This document shows, one piece after another, positions 9,413-19,068 of a DNA stretch of 64,000 nucleotides. The stretch is from NCBI GenBank assembly GCA_964407075.1, contig CAYOUE010000001.1, forward strand, positions 1,478 to 65,477, read 5' to 3'. Made by a program: the position numbers and the translations under genes. This DNA is from an uncultured Hyphomicrobiaceae bacterium. Lineage in GTDB: Bacteria > Pseudomonadota > Alphaproteobacteria > Rhizobiales > Rhodomicrobiaceae. The notes under the pieces were generated by a model that saw only the letters and a program-made list of their open reading frames with translations, was not told the DNA's origin and did not search any database. Position 1 is the first letter of the stretch. Each line of letters begins with the position of its first letter.

Positions 9413-10105
9413 TCAGCTTTCGGCAAGCAGAGTCGCGAGGATGGATTTCAGATGGGCGCGCATGGCCTCCTGCGCGCCGGCGCGGCTGCGCGCGGCGAGA
9501 GCGTCGAGAATGGCGTCATGCTCGCGGAAGGAATGATAGTCCCGCGTGGGCCGGTCCGGAGGCAGGTCGAGGCGCGGCCAGACGACGGAAATGCGCACGG
9601 CGTTGACGATGCGGTGCAACTCCGAAAGAAGCGAATTCCCCGCCGCGTCTGCGATCGCCTGATGAAGCTCGGCATCGAGCCTTTCATAGTCTTCCCAGCT
9701 TTGCGAAGCGCGGACCGCCGCGGCCAGTACGCGCAGTTCTGACAATTGTTGCTGCGTGGCGTGGATCGCGGCGAGGCCGGCAAGCTCCGGTTCGAGCGCA
9801 AGGCGCGCGATCATCGCTTCATGCGGACTCGTCCTGGCCGCGATGCGTTCGGCAAAATCCCTGCCGCCCTCAGGGGTTCGGCGTCCATGCATGAGATAAG
9901 TCCCGCGCCCGATCTGCCGCCGCAGAATTCCGCCGGCTTCCAGTATCGCAAGAGCCTTGCGAAGCTCGGCGCGGCTGACGCCGAGCGTGCTGCTGAGTTC
10001 TCGCTCCGGGGGCAGACGGTCGCCGGGCGCGAACGCGCCGGAGCCGAGCCAGTCACGCAGCCGGTTCAGCGTCGGCGTTTCATGTTCGGGGTATTGGTTG
10101 ACCAA
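9413..10105 (-). CDS. GntR/FadR-family transcriptional regulator (FCD C-terminal domain)
   Basis: N-terminal GntR HTH (GDRLPPERELSSTLGVSRAELRKALAILEAGGIL) plus a helical FCD-like C-terminus. The ORF begins with TTG, so the start is uncertain. Confidence 0.85.
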   Translation of the reverse strand: MVNQYPEHETPTLNRLRDWLGSGAFAPGDRLPPERELSSTLGVSRAELRKALAILEAGGILRRQIGRGTYLMHGRRTPEGGRDFAERIAARTSPHEAMIARLALEPELAGLAAIHATQQQLSELRVLAAAVRASQSWEDYERLDAELHQAIADAAGNSLLSELHRIVNAVRISVVWPRLDLPPDRPTRDYHSFREHDAILDALAARSRAGAQEAMRAHLKSILATLLAES

Positions 10106-10299
10106 AATGGTTTGCCTTTCCCGGTACGGTCCGGCATTGGAGCCGCAAAATGGCTAGATAAAATATAGCTTGGAATTTTCCTTTGTCAGATGGCAAAAAA
10201 TATGGTGTGTTTTGTATACATTGAAAGAAAACTAGACCGTGCGGGCTTGATGGTCAACCATTGTGGGCGCGACCGCGGTTTTAACAACAGGGAGGCAGC

Positions 10300-11223
10300 A
10301 TGGCCAAAGCCCGGCGCGGGATCTATGCAGCGGCGATTTCGCCCTTCGGCCCCGACGGGACGCTGGATGCGGAAAAACTTGCCGCCTACTGCCGCTATCT
10401 CGTGACGGACGGAGGCTGCGACGGGGTTGCGCCGACAGGTACGACCGGAGAAGGCAACTCCATTCCGATGAGCGCGCGCATGGCCCTGCCCGACGTCTTC
10501 GCGGAAGCTGGCCTTGAGCCGGACCAGGTCATTTTCGGCACGGGCGCGTGCGCTGCCGACGACGCCATTACCCTGACGCGCGCCGCGCTTGCAGCAGGCT
10601 TTCCGAATGTGCTGGTTCTGCCGCCTTTCTACTACAAGAACGTCAGCGACGAGGGCCTGTTCGCCTATTTCGCGCGTCTGATCGGGAAGATTGGGGATGA
10701 CCGGCTGCGCGTCTATCTCTATCATTTTCCGCAGATGTCCATGACGCCGTTTTCACCGGGTCTGGTTGTCCGGCTGAAAAAGGAATTCGGCCCGGTCATA
10801 GCCGGCCTGAAGGATTCCAGCGGCGACTTCGCCCAGTCCCGCGTTTTCGCGGAAGCGACCGGCGGGGTTGCGGGCGATTTTGACGTCTATCCGTCGAGCG
10901 AGGCGATGCTGTTCGATGGCCTCGCCGCGGGCTGCGCAGGGATCATTTCCGGTTCGACCAATGCATTCGCCCGAAAGGTCCAGGCCGCGCTCGCAGCTTC
11001 GGGCCAGGCGCGCGACGCCGCCTTCGAGACGGTGAAAACTGCCCGGGCGCTTACGGGCCGGTACCCGCTGGTTGCGGCGATGAAACGGATCGAGGCGTGG
11101 CGCACCGGCGACGACGGATGGCTCCGCATGGCCCCGCCGCTGGTTCCGCTCACGTCCGAACAGGAGGCTTCGCTGAGCGCAGGTCTCGACTCGCTGGACC
11201 GCATGGCCGGAGAAGCCGCATGA
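10300..11223 (+). CDS. Dihydrodipicolinate synthase/N-acetylneuraminate lyase (DapA) family class-I aldolase or dehydratase
   Basis: GVAPTGTTGEGNS, YHFPQMS and GLKDSSGD motifs are typical of the DapA/NAL family. A GGGAGG RBS lies before the ATG at 10300. Confidence 0.85.
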   Translation: MAKARRGIYAAAISPFGPDGTLDAEKLAAYCRYLVTDGGCDGVAPTGTTGEGNSIPMSARMALPDVFAEAGLEPDQVIFGTGACAADDAITLTRAALAAGFPNVLVLPPFYYKNVSDEGLFAYFARLIGKIGDDRLRVYLYHFPQMSMTPFSPGLVVRLKKEFGPVIAGLKDSSGDFAQSRVFAEATGGVAGDFDVYPSSEAMLFDGLAAGCAGIISGSTNAFARKVQAALAASGQARDAAFETVKTARALTGRYPLVAAMKRIEAWRTGDDGWLRMAPPLVPLTSEQEASLSAGLDSLDRMAGEAA

Positions 11224-11241
11224 AAGATGGAGGTAGCTGAC

Positions 11242-11721
11242 ATGACCATCGCGCACGCCAAGCCCAGAGGAACCGATCATATCGAGACCGCGACCGATCC
11301 CGCCGTCTTCGCCCACTGGCCGGAAGGCGTCCATGAGGACATGAAAGCCAACGAGTTCAACGGTTGCGTCGGCTCGGTGCTCGTTTCGGAAACGGACAGG
11401 GTCAGAGTCTGGCATCTGAGGCTGCCGCGCGGTTATCGCTGCGCTTTCCACCGTCACGTAAACCCTTATTTCTGGACGGCTCACGCCTCGGGGCGCGCGC
11501 GTGGCTATTATTCGAACGGCAAGATCAGGGACACGGATCATTACGCCGGAGAGACAAAGCATTTCTACTACTGGGAGGGGGAATATATGCTTCACTCGGT
11601 CGAGAACATCGGTGACACCGATCTGCTGTTCACGACGGTTGAATTCCTGGACGGCCCGAACGAAGCGCTTCCTGTGCCTGACAGCGCGCGTCTTTCGCCG
11701 CCCGAGACCGAAGCGGCCTGA
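11242..11721 (+). CDS. Cupin-like small protein
   Basis: WHLRLPRGYRCAFHRH...LHSVENIGDTDLLF resembles a cupin beta-barrel. GGAGG lies 7 nt before the ATG at 11242. An upstream ATG at 11227 is an alternative start. Confidence 0.55.
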   Translation: MTIAHAKPRGTDHIETATDPAVFAHWPEGVHEDMKANEFNGCVGSVLVSETDRVRVWHLRLPRGYRCAFHRHVNPYFWTAHASGRARGYYSNGKIRDTDHYAGETKHFYYWEGEYMLHSVENIGDTDLLFTTVEFLDGPNEALPVPDSARLSPPETEAA

Positions 11722-11818
11722 ACTTTGATCCTAATCGGCCCGGAGAGGCCGGATGCAAGAAAGACGGACCGGCGCTGACGCCGGACGCATACAAACCAAT
11801 CCTTGGGAGGATAAGAAA

Positions 11819-12880
11819 ATGAAGTCACTTCTGCGGACAGCCGCTGTCGCTGTCGCATTCTCAACCATCGGCATGGCCGCGAAGGCCGACGACATTACCC
11901 TCAGGATCGGCTCGGGCCACCCGCCGGGCGTCGTCTACGCCGGGCTGATGATCAACTACTTCCAGGCCGAGCTGAAAAAGCGCGTCGAGGAGCGCACCGA
12001 CCACACGATCAATTTCGTCGAAGGCTATTCAGGCTCGATCGTCAAGGTGACGGAAGTGCTGGAAGGCGTGCAGGACGGGATCATCGACATTGGCGGTTTC
12101 TGCTTCTGCTTCGAGCCCTCGAACCTGCCGCTCCACGCTTTCCAGGTCATGGCCCCGTTCGGGACGATGGACCCTGTCATGTCGCTGAAGGTCGCGCAGG
12201 ACGTTTACAAGGAAGTGCCTTATCTCACGAACGTGTTCGAGGAAAAGTTCAACCAGATCCTGCTCTCGCGGATCGCCGATGGCGGCTATAACCTCGGCAC
12301 CGCCTTCGAGTGGAACGATCTCGCCGATCTGAGAGGCCGGAAAATCGCGGGCGCCGGGCTGAACCTGAACTGGCTCGAATATGCCGGGGTGACGCCGGTG
12401 CAGTCCTCGCTCGCCACCGCCTATACCGAGATGAACACCAATGTCTATGAGGGCTGGATCATGTTTCCCTCGGCATGGGTCAATCTCAAGCTCTACGAAC
12501 CCGGCCCCTTCTACACGCTTATCGGTTTCGGCTCCATAACCTGGCACGGCCTGACCATCAACAAGGACGCGTATGACGCGCTCCCGGACGATGTGAAGCC
12601 GATCCTGCGCGAAGTCGCCGCCGATTACGAGGAGCAGACCGGCATCGTCAACCAGAAGGAATACGACAGGCTGGTCGGCGAGTTGCGCACGCTGATTACT
12701 GTCAAGGAGATCGATCCGCAGGTCCGCAAGGAATGGGCGGAGAGTCTCGCATCCTGGCCGCAGAAAATGGCTGACGATCTCGAAGCGCAGGGCTTGCCCG
12801 CCAAGCAGGTTCTGAACCTTGTCCTGAGCAAGGCCGAAGAACGCGGCCATGAGTGGCCCGTACGCTACGAAATCAAGTAG
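11819..12880 (+). CDS. TRAP transporter substrate-binding protein (DctP-type)
   Basis: Signal peptide MKSLLRTAAVAVAFSTIGMAAKA. Lies directly upstream of the DctQ/DctM genes. GGGAGG RBS before 11819. Confidence 0.8.
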   Translation: MKSLLRTAAVAVAFSTIGMAAKADDITLRIGSGHPPGVVYAGLMINYFQAELKKRVEERTDHTINFVEGYSGSIVKVTEVLEGVQDGIIDIGGFCFCFEPSNLPLHAFQVMAPFGTMDPVMSLKVAQDVYKEVPYLTNVFEEKFNQILLSRIADGGYNLGTAFEWNDLADLRGRKIAGAGLNLNWLEYAGVTPVQSSLATAYTEMNTNVYEGWIMFPSAWVNLKLYEPGPFYTLIGFGSITWHGLTINKDAYDALPDDVKPILREVAADYEEQTGIVNQKEYDRLVGELRTLITVKEIDPQVRKEWAESLASWPQKMADDLEAQGLPAKQVLNLVLSKAEERGHEWPVRYEIK

Positions 12881-12990
12881 CTGCGTCCTGCAAGCTCATA
12901 CGTCCCGGCGCGGCCCGCCGGGACGTATGAGCATCGAACGGAGGGTGCGTATGGCCGCGCTCTTCGGGCCATTCACCGGGGAGCGCGTCA

Positions 12991-13503
12991 ATGTTCCTGA
13001 TCCGTGCCGCCGACCGCCTCACCCAGCTGCTGATGATCCTGGCGGCGGCGTGGGCCTTCACGCTGTGCTTTTTCATCCTGGCGGAGATCATATTCCGCGC
13101 GCTCAACATGCCGCTGCAGGGCACCAAGGAAATCGTCGCCAATTCCGTTGTGATGATCGTGTTTCTGCAGGTCGGCTTTTCGGTCCGCTCGCGCTCCATG
13201 CTTCAGGCCGAATTCCTCATCGACGCGCTCGGCCCAAAGACCCGGCGCGCCCTCGTCGTGCTCGGCCTTCTTCTGGGCGCCTTCTTCTTTCTGTTTTTGA
13301 TGCAGGCCGCCTACCCGCACGCGATCCGATCCTTCGTGAACGGAGAGTTCGACGGCGAAGGCGCGCTGCGCGTCCCGGTCTGGCCCGCGAGATTCATGAT
13401 CGTGTTCGGCAGCGCGATGGCTGCGCTCAACTATCTGCTCCTGGCGGCAATCGAAGCATTCGGACTGTCCGGACGTTTCGAGATGAAACAGGGCTTATCG
13501 TAA
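12991..13503 (+). CDS. TRAP transporter small permease (DctQ-type)
   Basis: Four-TM approximately 170-aa protein between the TRAP binding protein and the large permease. Confidence 0.8.
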   Translation: MFLIRAADRLTQLLMILAAAWAFTLCFFILAEIIFRALNMPLQGTKEIVANSVVMIVFLQVGFSVRSRSMLQAEFLIDALGPKTRRALVVLGLLLGAFFFLFLMQAAYPHAIRSFVNGEFDGEGALRVPVWPARFMIVFGSAMAALNYLLLAAIEAFGLSGRFEMKQGLS

Positions 13504-13504
13504 C

Positions 13505-14845
13505 GTGTTCGATTTCGGAACCGCCGCGCTCATCATCGCCCTGCTGCTGGGCCTCGTTCTACTCGGCGTTCACGTCGCGGTTGCGCTGGGGATAACGAGC
13601 CTCATCGGCATCTATCTGGCGACGGGCCATATGCGGATCGTGGAAGCCACGGTGTCCTCCACCGCCGCCGAGGCGCTTCGCGATTTCAATTTCGCCGTGA
13701 TCCCGCTTTTCATGCTCATGGGCGAGTTCATAGGCCGCTCGGGCGCGATCACAGACATCTACATTGCGATCAACCGGGGCCTCAAGCGCATCCCCGGCAG
13801 GCTGGCGATAGCCACGGTACTCGGAAACACGATCTTCTCCTTCGTGACGGGCGTCTCCATCGCCTCGGCCGCCGCTTTCTCGCGCATCGCCTATCCCGAA
13901 ATGAAGGCGCACAACTATTCCCGCGGCTTTGCGCTCGGCGCGATCGCCGGGTCGAGCTGTCTCGGAATGCTGATTCCTCCCTCGGTGCTGATGATCGTCT
14001 GGGGCATTCTGACCGAGCAATCCATCGGCCGGCTTTTCCTGGCCGGCGTGCTGCCAGGGCTGATGATCGCGGGCATGTTCCTCGTCTACATCATCGCAAT
14101 GGCAATCCTGCGTCCCGAGGTGGCGGGCGAGAACAGGCGCGGCGCGCCGCCGCGTCCGCCCGCCGCGTCTGACAGCGTCGAGATGTCCACGCTTCAGCTC
14201 GCGACCAGCGTGCTCGGCGTCGTCGGCATGGTGGCCGCCGTGCTGGGCGGCATCTGGATGGGCATCTTCACGCCGACCGAGGGCGCTGGCGCTGGCGCGG
14301 CGCTCGCCCTGCTGTTCGCCTTCGCCAAAGGCATGACGCTGCGCCAGTTCATGGCCGCGGTCTATTCGGTGAGCAAGACCGCCGGGCCGATCCTGATCCT
14401 GCTTTTCGCTGCGGCGCTTTATTCCCGCACTCTGGCGATGACCGGGGTTACGAACTCGATCCGCGAATTCTTCATCGATTCCGGGCTCACGCCGCTCCAG
14501 GTGCTCGGCATCATCATCCTGATCTGGTTCATTCTCGGCATGGTGATCGACAGCATCTCGATCATGCTGCTGACCGTGCCGATCGTCGAGCCGATCGCGG
14601 TCGCCTTCGGCTTCGATCCGGTGAGCTTCGCCATCGTCGGCATACTCGCCATCGAGGCGGGGCTGCTCACGCCGCCATTCGGCCTGCTTGTGTACACCGT
14701 GAAGGTTGCCATCGCCGACGACAAGGTCGGGGTCCAGGACATCTTTCTGAGTTCGGCTCCCTATTGGGCGATCATGCTGATCGGCGCAGGCCTGCTGATC
14801 GCCTTCCCGCAGATCGCCAATGTGCTTCCCGACATGCTGATGTGA
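13505..14845 (+). CDS. TRAP transporter large permease (DctM-type)
   Basis: 446-aa polytopic protein with DctM-like motifs (FMLMGEF..SG, GIPPS, LLTPPFGL). GTG start 2 nt after the dctQ stop. Confidence 0.9.
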   Translation: MFDFGTAALIIALLLGLVLLGVHVAVALGITSLIGIYLATGHMRIVEATVSSTAAEALRDFNFAVIPLFMLMGEFIGRSGAITDIYIAINRGLKRIPGRLAIATVLGNTIFSFVTGVSIASAAAFSRIAYPEMKAHNYSRGFALGAIAGSSCLGMLIPPSVLMIVWGILTEQSIGRLFLAGVLPGLMIAGMFLVYIIAMAILRPEVAGENRRGAPPRPPAASDSVEMSTLQLATSVLGVVGMVAAVLGGIWMGIFTPTEGAGAGAALALLFAFAKGMTLRQFMAAVYSVSKTAGPILILLFAAALYSRTLAMTGVTNSIREFFIDSGLTPLQVLGIIILIWFILGMVIDSISIMLLTVPIVEPIAVAFGFDPVSFAIVGILAIEAGLLTPPFGLLVYTVKVAIADDKVGVQDIFLSSAPYWAIMLIGAGLLIAFPQIANVLPDMLM

Positions 14846-14861
14846 AAAAAGGAGACGCCTC

Positions 14862-15167
14862 ATGCCCGCCTATTGGGTCGCTCGCGCGAAGATCAACGAT
14901 CCTGTCGAATACAAGAAGTACACGGATCAGGTTCCGGGCATCATCGCCAGATATGGCGGCAAGGTTCTGGCGCGCGGCGGCAGATATGAGATCATGGAGG
15001 GGCCGGAGCATTTCCACCGCTTCGTCGTCATCGAGTTTCCGACCTTCGAGGATGGCGTGGCCTGCTTCCGCTCGGAGGAATACCAGTCCGCCGCGGCGTA
15101 TCGGCGGGCAAACGGCGCCGGGGAGGTGCAGACCGTGATGGTCGATGCGGGCGACGCGACAAAATAA
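14862..15167 (+). CDS. DUF1330 domain protein
   Basis: MPAYWVARAKINDPVEYKKY...RFVVIEFPTFE is characteristic of the DUF1330 family. Strong AGGAG RBS. Confidence 0.8.
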   Translation: MPAYWVARAKINDPVEYKKYTDQVPGIIARYGGKVLARGGRYEIMEGPEHFHRFVVIEFPTFEDGVACFRSEEYQSAAAYRRANGAGEVQTVMVDAGDATK

Positions 15168-15178
15168 GGGGTAGACAG

Positions 15179-16153
15179 ATGAAAGCGGAGCGTATCGTCG
15201 TCCGCGCGCAGGGCGCGCCCGAAGTGATGGAGACGGAAAGCGCCGAACTTCCGCCGCCCGGGCCCGGCGAGGCGCAGATCGAGCAGACCGCCATCGGCCT
15301 GAACTACATGGACGTCTATCAGCGGTCTGGCTATTACCCGCTCGACCTGCCCAGCCCGCTCGGCCTCGAAGCCGCCGGCCGGGTGACTGCAGTCGGGCCT
15401 GACGTGACTGAGGTCGCCGTGGGCGACCGCGTTGTCTATGGCGGCGTTCTCGGCGCCTACGCCACGGCGCGCAACGCCCCTGCCGCGCGGCTGGTGAAGA
15501 TCCCGGACGGCGTCAGCGACGAGACCGCCGCCGCCGTTCTGATGAAGGGCATGACGGTCGAATATCTGCTGGAGCGGACCCGCAAGGTGAAAGCCGGGGA
15601 GGACGTTCTGTTCTTCGCCGCGTCGGGTGGCGTAGGGCAGATCGCGGGCCAATGGGGCCGCCATCTCGGCGCGCGGATGATCGGCGTCACCTCGGGTCCG
15701 GACAACTGCGCCATGATCCTCGGGCTCGGCTATGACGCCGCCATCGACCGAAAATCGGAAGACATTGCGGCGCGGGTGCGTGAGCTTACGGGTGGAAAGG
15801 GCGTGCCGGTCGTCTACGACAGCATCGGCAAGGCCACCTTCGAGGCGTCGATCGGCAGCCTCGCCCCGTTCGGCCTGTTCGTCTCCTTCGGGGCGACGAC
15901 CGGTGAAGCGCCGCCTGTGCCGCCGAGCCTGTTGCAGAAACACGGCTCGCTCTATTTCACCCGGCCGACGCTCGCCGACTATGTCAGGGCGCGCACCGAT
16001 CTGGAGCATTCGGCGGGCCGGGTCTTCCGGCTGATCCTGGACGGCGTCATCGAAGTCAACATCAACCAGCGCTACCGTCTCGCCGACGCTGCCGAAGCCC
16101 ACAGGGCGCTGGAAGCTTCCGAGACCACGGGATCGACGATCCTCACGCCGTAG
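15179..16153 (+). CDS. qor: NADPH:quinone oxidoreductase (zeta-crystallin/MDR family)
   Basis: GLNYMDVYQRSGYYP, AASGGVGQ Rossmann motif and C-terminal AHRALEASETTGSTIL are typical of Qor. Confidence 0.85.
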   Translation: MKAERIVVRAQGAPEVMETESAELPPPGPGEAQIEQTAIGLNYMDVYQRSGYYPLDLPSPLGLEAAGRVTAVGPDVTEVAVGDRVVYGGVLGAYATARNAPAARLVKIPDGVSDETAAAVLMKGMTVEYLLERTRKVKAGEDVLFFAASGGVGQIAGQWGRHLGARMIGVTSGPDNCAMILGLGYDAAIDRKSEDIAARVRELTGGKGVPVVYDSIGKATFEASIGSLAPFGLFVSFGATTGEAPPVPPSLLQKHGSLYFTRPTLADYVRARTDLEHSAGRVFRLILDGVIEVNINQRYRLADAAEAHRALEASETTGSTILTP

Positions 16154-17327
16154 CAGGCTGCGTTTCCGGCGCGGCGGCTTCGGGATGGCTTTCGAGCCGC
16201 GAGACGACCTGGCGGACATTCGAGCGGCTGACCGGAACGATGAAGTCGCCCTTGGCGTTAAGCAGCAGCACGCCGCCGTCGCCCTGCCTGCGGAAGCCGA
16301 GCACATGCTCGATATTCACCAGATGGCTCCGGTGCGAGCGCACGAATCGCGGCGCGGCGAGAGTCTTGGCCAGCGACGAGATCGACCTCTCGCAGGAATA
16401 TTCGTCGATCCGCCCGCCCTCGGCTTTCAGCGAGATCCATGAATAGTGCCCGTCGGCGCGAACGGCCATGATCGCCTCGGAGTCGGCGAAGAAGGTCGAT
16501 TGATTGCGGCGCACCGGGATGCGCACCGGGGCAGGCGGCGCGCTCTGCGCTGCGCGTTCCGGCAGAGACCTGTCCGCGTCCGGCGTGGCGGAAGCGTGGT
16601 TTTCGCCCGTTCTGACCTCGCGCTTCTGGTCGGGCAGGGCGAGAACGAGGAACAGCCCGCAGATCAGGAATGTCGCGATGGCGACGATGAAAGCCAGGTT
16701 GTGCTGGGACAGCGCCGGTCCCGGCACGAAAGCCGCATCGCCGGCGGCCATGAAACTCGTCGCCATCATCGCAACATAGTGCATTATCGAAATGGCCAGA
16801 CCGAGCGCGATCGCTCCGCCGACAGTTTCCCATTGTCCGCGCTCACGGAAGGTGAACCACAGCGCGAATGTCGAAACCACGATGCCGACGAGTATCGAGG
16901 CCGCCACGCCCATCGGTTCATAGGCGACGATGCAGTCCGCGCGGATTGCGCTCATGCCCATATAGTGCATTCCGGCGATTCCGCTTCCCATCAGCAGCCC
17001 GCCCGCGGGCACGGCGCAGCGGGTGATGTGGCCCGAACTGGCGGCGTAGAGGCCAAGCCCCGTCAGCATGATAGCGACGAATACCGAGATGGTTGTCGTC
17101 AGCCCGTCATAGGCGACCGGAACAGGCAGGCCCAGCGCAAGCATGGCGATGAAATGCATCGACCAGATGCTGCTGCCGATGGTGACGGCGCCTGCGACGA
17201 TCTTGAGCTTGTAGGGCGCGCTGGTGAAGACCCCTTCGCGAGCCATGATGAGAAGTCCGGTGAACGATCCTATGATCGCAACCGTGATGGAGAGAATAAC
17301 TAGGCTGGCATCATAAGAGACGATCAT
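16143..17327 (-). CDS. coxC: MHYT-domain membrane sensor fused to a LytTR DNA-binding domain (CoxC-like one-component regulator)
   Basis: Three MHYT motifs in TM helices (MHFIAML, MHYMGMS, MHYVAMM). The C-terminal LytTR-like segment is (ADGHYSWI...FVRSHRSHLVNIEHV). Start set at the internal ATG 17327 (MIVSYDASLVILS). Confidence 0.8.
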   Translation of the reverse strand: MIVSYDASLVILSITVAIIGSFTGLLIMAREGVFTSAPYKLKIVAGAVTIGSSIWSMHFIAMLALGLPVPVAYDGLTTTISVFVAIMLTGLGLYAASSGHITRCAVPAGGLLMGSGIAGMHYMGMSAIRADCIVAYEPMGVAASILVGIVVSTFALWFTFRERGQWETVGGAIALGLAISIMHYVAMMATSFMAAGDAAFVPGPALSQHNLAFIVAIATFLICGLFLVLALPDQKREVRTGENHASATPDADRSLPERAAQSAPPAPVRIPVRRNQSTFFADSEAIMAVRADGHYSWISLKAEGGRIDEYSCERSISSLAKTLAAPRFVRSHRSHLVNIEHVLGFRRQGDGGVLLLNAKGDFIVPVSRSNVRQVVSRLESHPEAAAPETQPATA

Positions 17328-17686
17328 TGAAGCATGAACGGTGGCCTGACCGCTCCCCGTCCTCATAAGCCAGTGTATCCCCCGTCCGTCACTCGCGCAA
17401 TAATTCCGCAGTTCGTGCGGCATCACTTTTCCGTCTGCATGAAATGAGCAGCAGCGCTTTGCGTCCGGCTCGGGGGCGCTGTCCGCACGGCCGCGCCGGT
17501 TTTCCCGGCCCAACCGCCGCTCATGCCGGATTTGCGCCGCTCGTGAACGAGCAGCGGGGAACGGCCATCCCGGCAGTTACGATTTAACGATTCAAAAAAA
17601 GCGCCGTGCATGGAGGAAGTCCTGCCGCGCGGCGCAAAGAAAAGAAGAAAACCCTGGGAGAAGGCGCATGACTGAAGGAGGCGGAC

Positions 17687-18592
17687 ATGATTCCGGCTGA
17701 GTTTTCCTATCACCGGCCGGACAGCAAGGCCGAGGCTCTGAAGCTGCTCGGCCAGTTCGGCGATGACGGGCGCGTGCTTGCGGGCGGGCACAGCCTGATC
17801 CCGATGATGAAGCTGCGGATGGCGCAGCCCGCCCATCTGATCGACATCAACCGGATTGCGGAACTGAAGGGCGTATCTGTCAGCGGTGCTCGGATCGAAA
17901 TCGGTGCGATGACGACTCAGCGCGACCTCATCGCGTCCGATGAACTGGCCCGCTCCTGCCCGATCATCCGCGAGACTGCCGAACAGATCGCCGACCCGCA
18001 GGTGCGCTATTGCGGCACCATCGGCGGCAATGTCGGGAATGGCGATCCGGGCAACGACATGCCCGCGCTGATGCAGTGCCTCGACGCCGTCTTCGTGCTC
18101 GAAAGCGCTGGCGGCTCGCGGGACGTCGCGGCGCGCGACTTCTATCAGGGGCCTTTCTTTACCGCGCTGAAGCCGGGCGAGATGCTCACGAGGATCCGCA
18201 TTCCCGCTCCCGCCGCCGGCCACGGCTGGGCCTACAAGAAGCTGAAACGGAAGGTCGGCGACTACGCCACTGCCGCTGCGGCGGTCATTCTCGAAATATC
18301 GGGCGGCAAGGTGCAGAAGGCGTCCATTGCGCTGACCAATGTCGGGCCGACGCCGCTTTACGTCAGGGACGCCGTGGCCTGCATCACCGGCTCATCCTTC
18401 GAAGCCGCCGACATCGACGCCGCCGCCGCGGCGGCGGAGGCGATCGCCGATCCTGCCGAGGACGGACGCGGCTCGAAGGAATATCGCCGCAGGATGGCGG
18501 GCGTCATGGTGCGGCGCGCCCTCGTTGAAGCCAGGGCCCGTGCGGGCGATTCCAGATCGGGAGGAGGCGTTTTCGGATGGCTAAAAGGCTGA
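17687..18592 (+). CDS. coxM: CO dehydrogenase medium (FAD-binding) subunit
   Basis: [21 protein letters not shown] start, [13 protein letters not shown] and GTIGGN motifs of molybdopterin-dehydrogenase FAD-binding subunits. GAAGGAGG RBS. Confidence 0.9.
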   Translation: MIPAEFSYHRPDSKAEALKLLGQFGDDGRVLAGGHSLIPMMKLRMAQPAHLIDINRIAELKGVSVSGARIEIGAMTTQRDLIASDELARSCPIIRETAEQIADPQVRYCGTIGGNVGNGDPGNDMPALMQCLDAVFVLESAGGSRDVAARDFYQGPFFTALKPGEMLTRIRIPAPAAGHGWAYKKLKRKVGDYATAAAAVILEISGGKVQKASIALTNVGPTPLYVRDAVACITGSSFEAADIDAAAAAAEAIADPAEDGRGSKEYRRRMAGVMVRRALVEARARAGDSRSGGGVFGWLKG

Positions 18593-19068
18593 TTTCACTC
18601 ACTGTAAACGGCGAGACCGCCGAATGCGCGGTCGAGGACCGCACGCTGCTGATCCATGTGCTGCGCGAGGAACTGGCGCTCAGGGGTGCGCATATCGGCT
18701 GCGAGACGACGCATTGCGGCGCGTGCACGGTCGATATGGACGGCAGGTCCGTCAAATCGTGCACCATTTTCGCGGTCCAGGCGGAGGGCGCGGATATCCG
18801 CACCATCGAAGGCATGGCGCAGGCGGACGGAACGCTGCACCCGCTGCAGGAAGGCTTCCGCCAGGAGCACGGCCTGCAATGCGGCTACTGCACGCCGGGC
18901 ATGATTATGCGCGCCTACCGGCTGCTGGCCGAGAACCCGAACCCGACGGACGAGGAAATCCGCATGGGCATCTCGGGGAACCTTTGCCGCTGCACCGGCT
19001 ATCAGAACATCGTGAAAGCGATCCGCTACGCCGCGGAGAAAATGCAAGTGCGGGAGGCCGCCGAATGA
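18577..19068 (+). CDS. coxS: CO dehydrogenase small [2Fe-2S] subunit
   Basis: Two cysteine clusters: [11 protein letters not shown] and QCGYCTPG...CRCTGY. Overlaps the coxM end by 16 nt. Confidence 0.93.
   Translation: MAKRLISLTVNGETAECAVEDRTLLIHVLREELALRGAHIGCETTHCGACTVDMDGRSVKSCTIFAVQAEGADIRTIEGMAQADGTLHPLQEGFRQEHGLQCGYCTPGMIMRAYRLLAENPNPTDEEIRMGISGNLCRCTGYQNIVKAIRYAAEKMQVREAAE

Noticed and set aside
13559-16306. Long minus-strand ORFs (13559-14863 and 14927-16306) rich in Arg/Gly/His/Asp
   Set aside because: They are antisense to well-recognised dctM, DUF1330 and qor genes. Their composition is typical of shadow frames in GC-rich DNA. The same reasoning applies to 6445-7263(+), 7645-8673(+), 8759-9742(+), 20136-21431(-), 40605-42035(+), 49633-50940(+), 43830-44615(-) and 58771-59691(-).
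17328-17686. Short direct repeat acgatt-taacgatt (about 17578-17593) as a LytTR operator in the coxC-coxM spacer
   Set aside because: The repeats are only 6 bp long and 2 bp apart, which does not match the usual 9-bp repeats with an approximately 12-bp spacer for LytTR proteins. This is too weak to call without experimental or comparative support.
18624-19064. N-terminal 147-aa extension of the coxL reading frame (ORF-track entry 18624-21482, 952 aa)
   Set aside because: The extension overlaps the whole of coxS in another frame and is Arg/Gly-rich nonsense. A canonical CoxL N-terminus starts at the ATG at 19065, overlapping the coxS stop.
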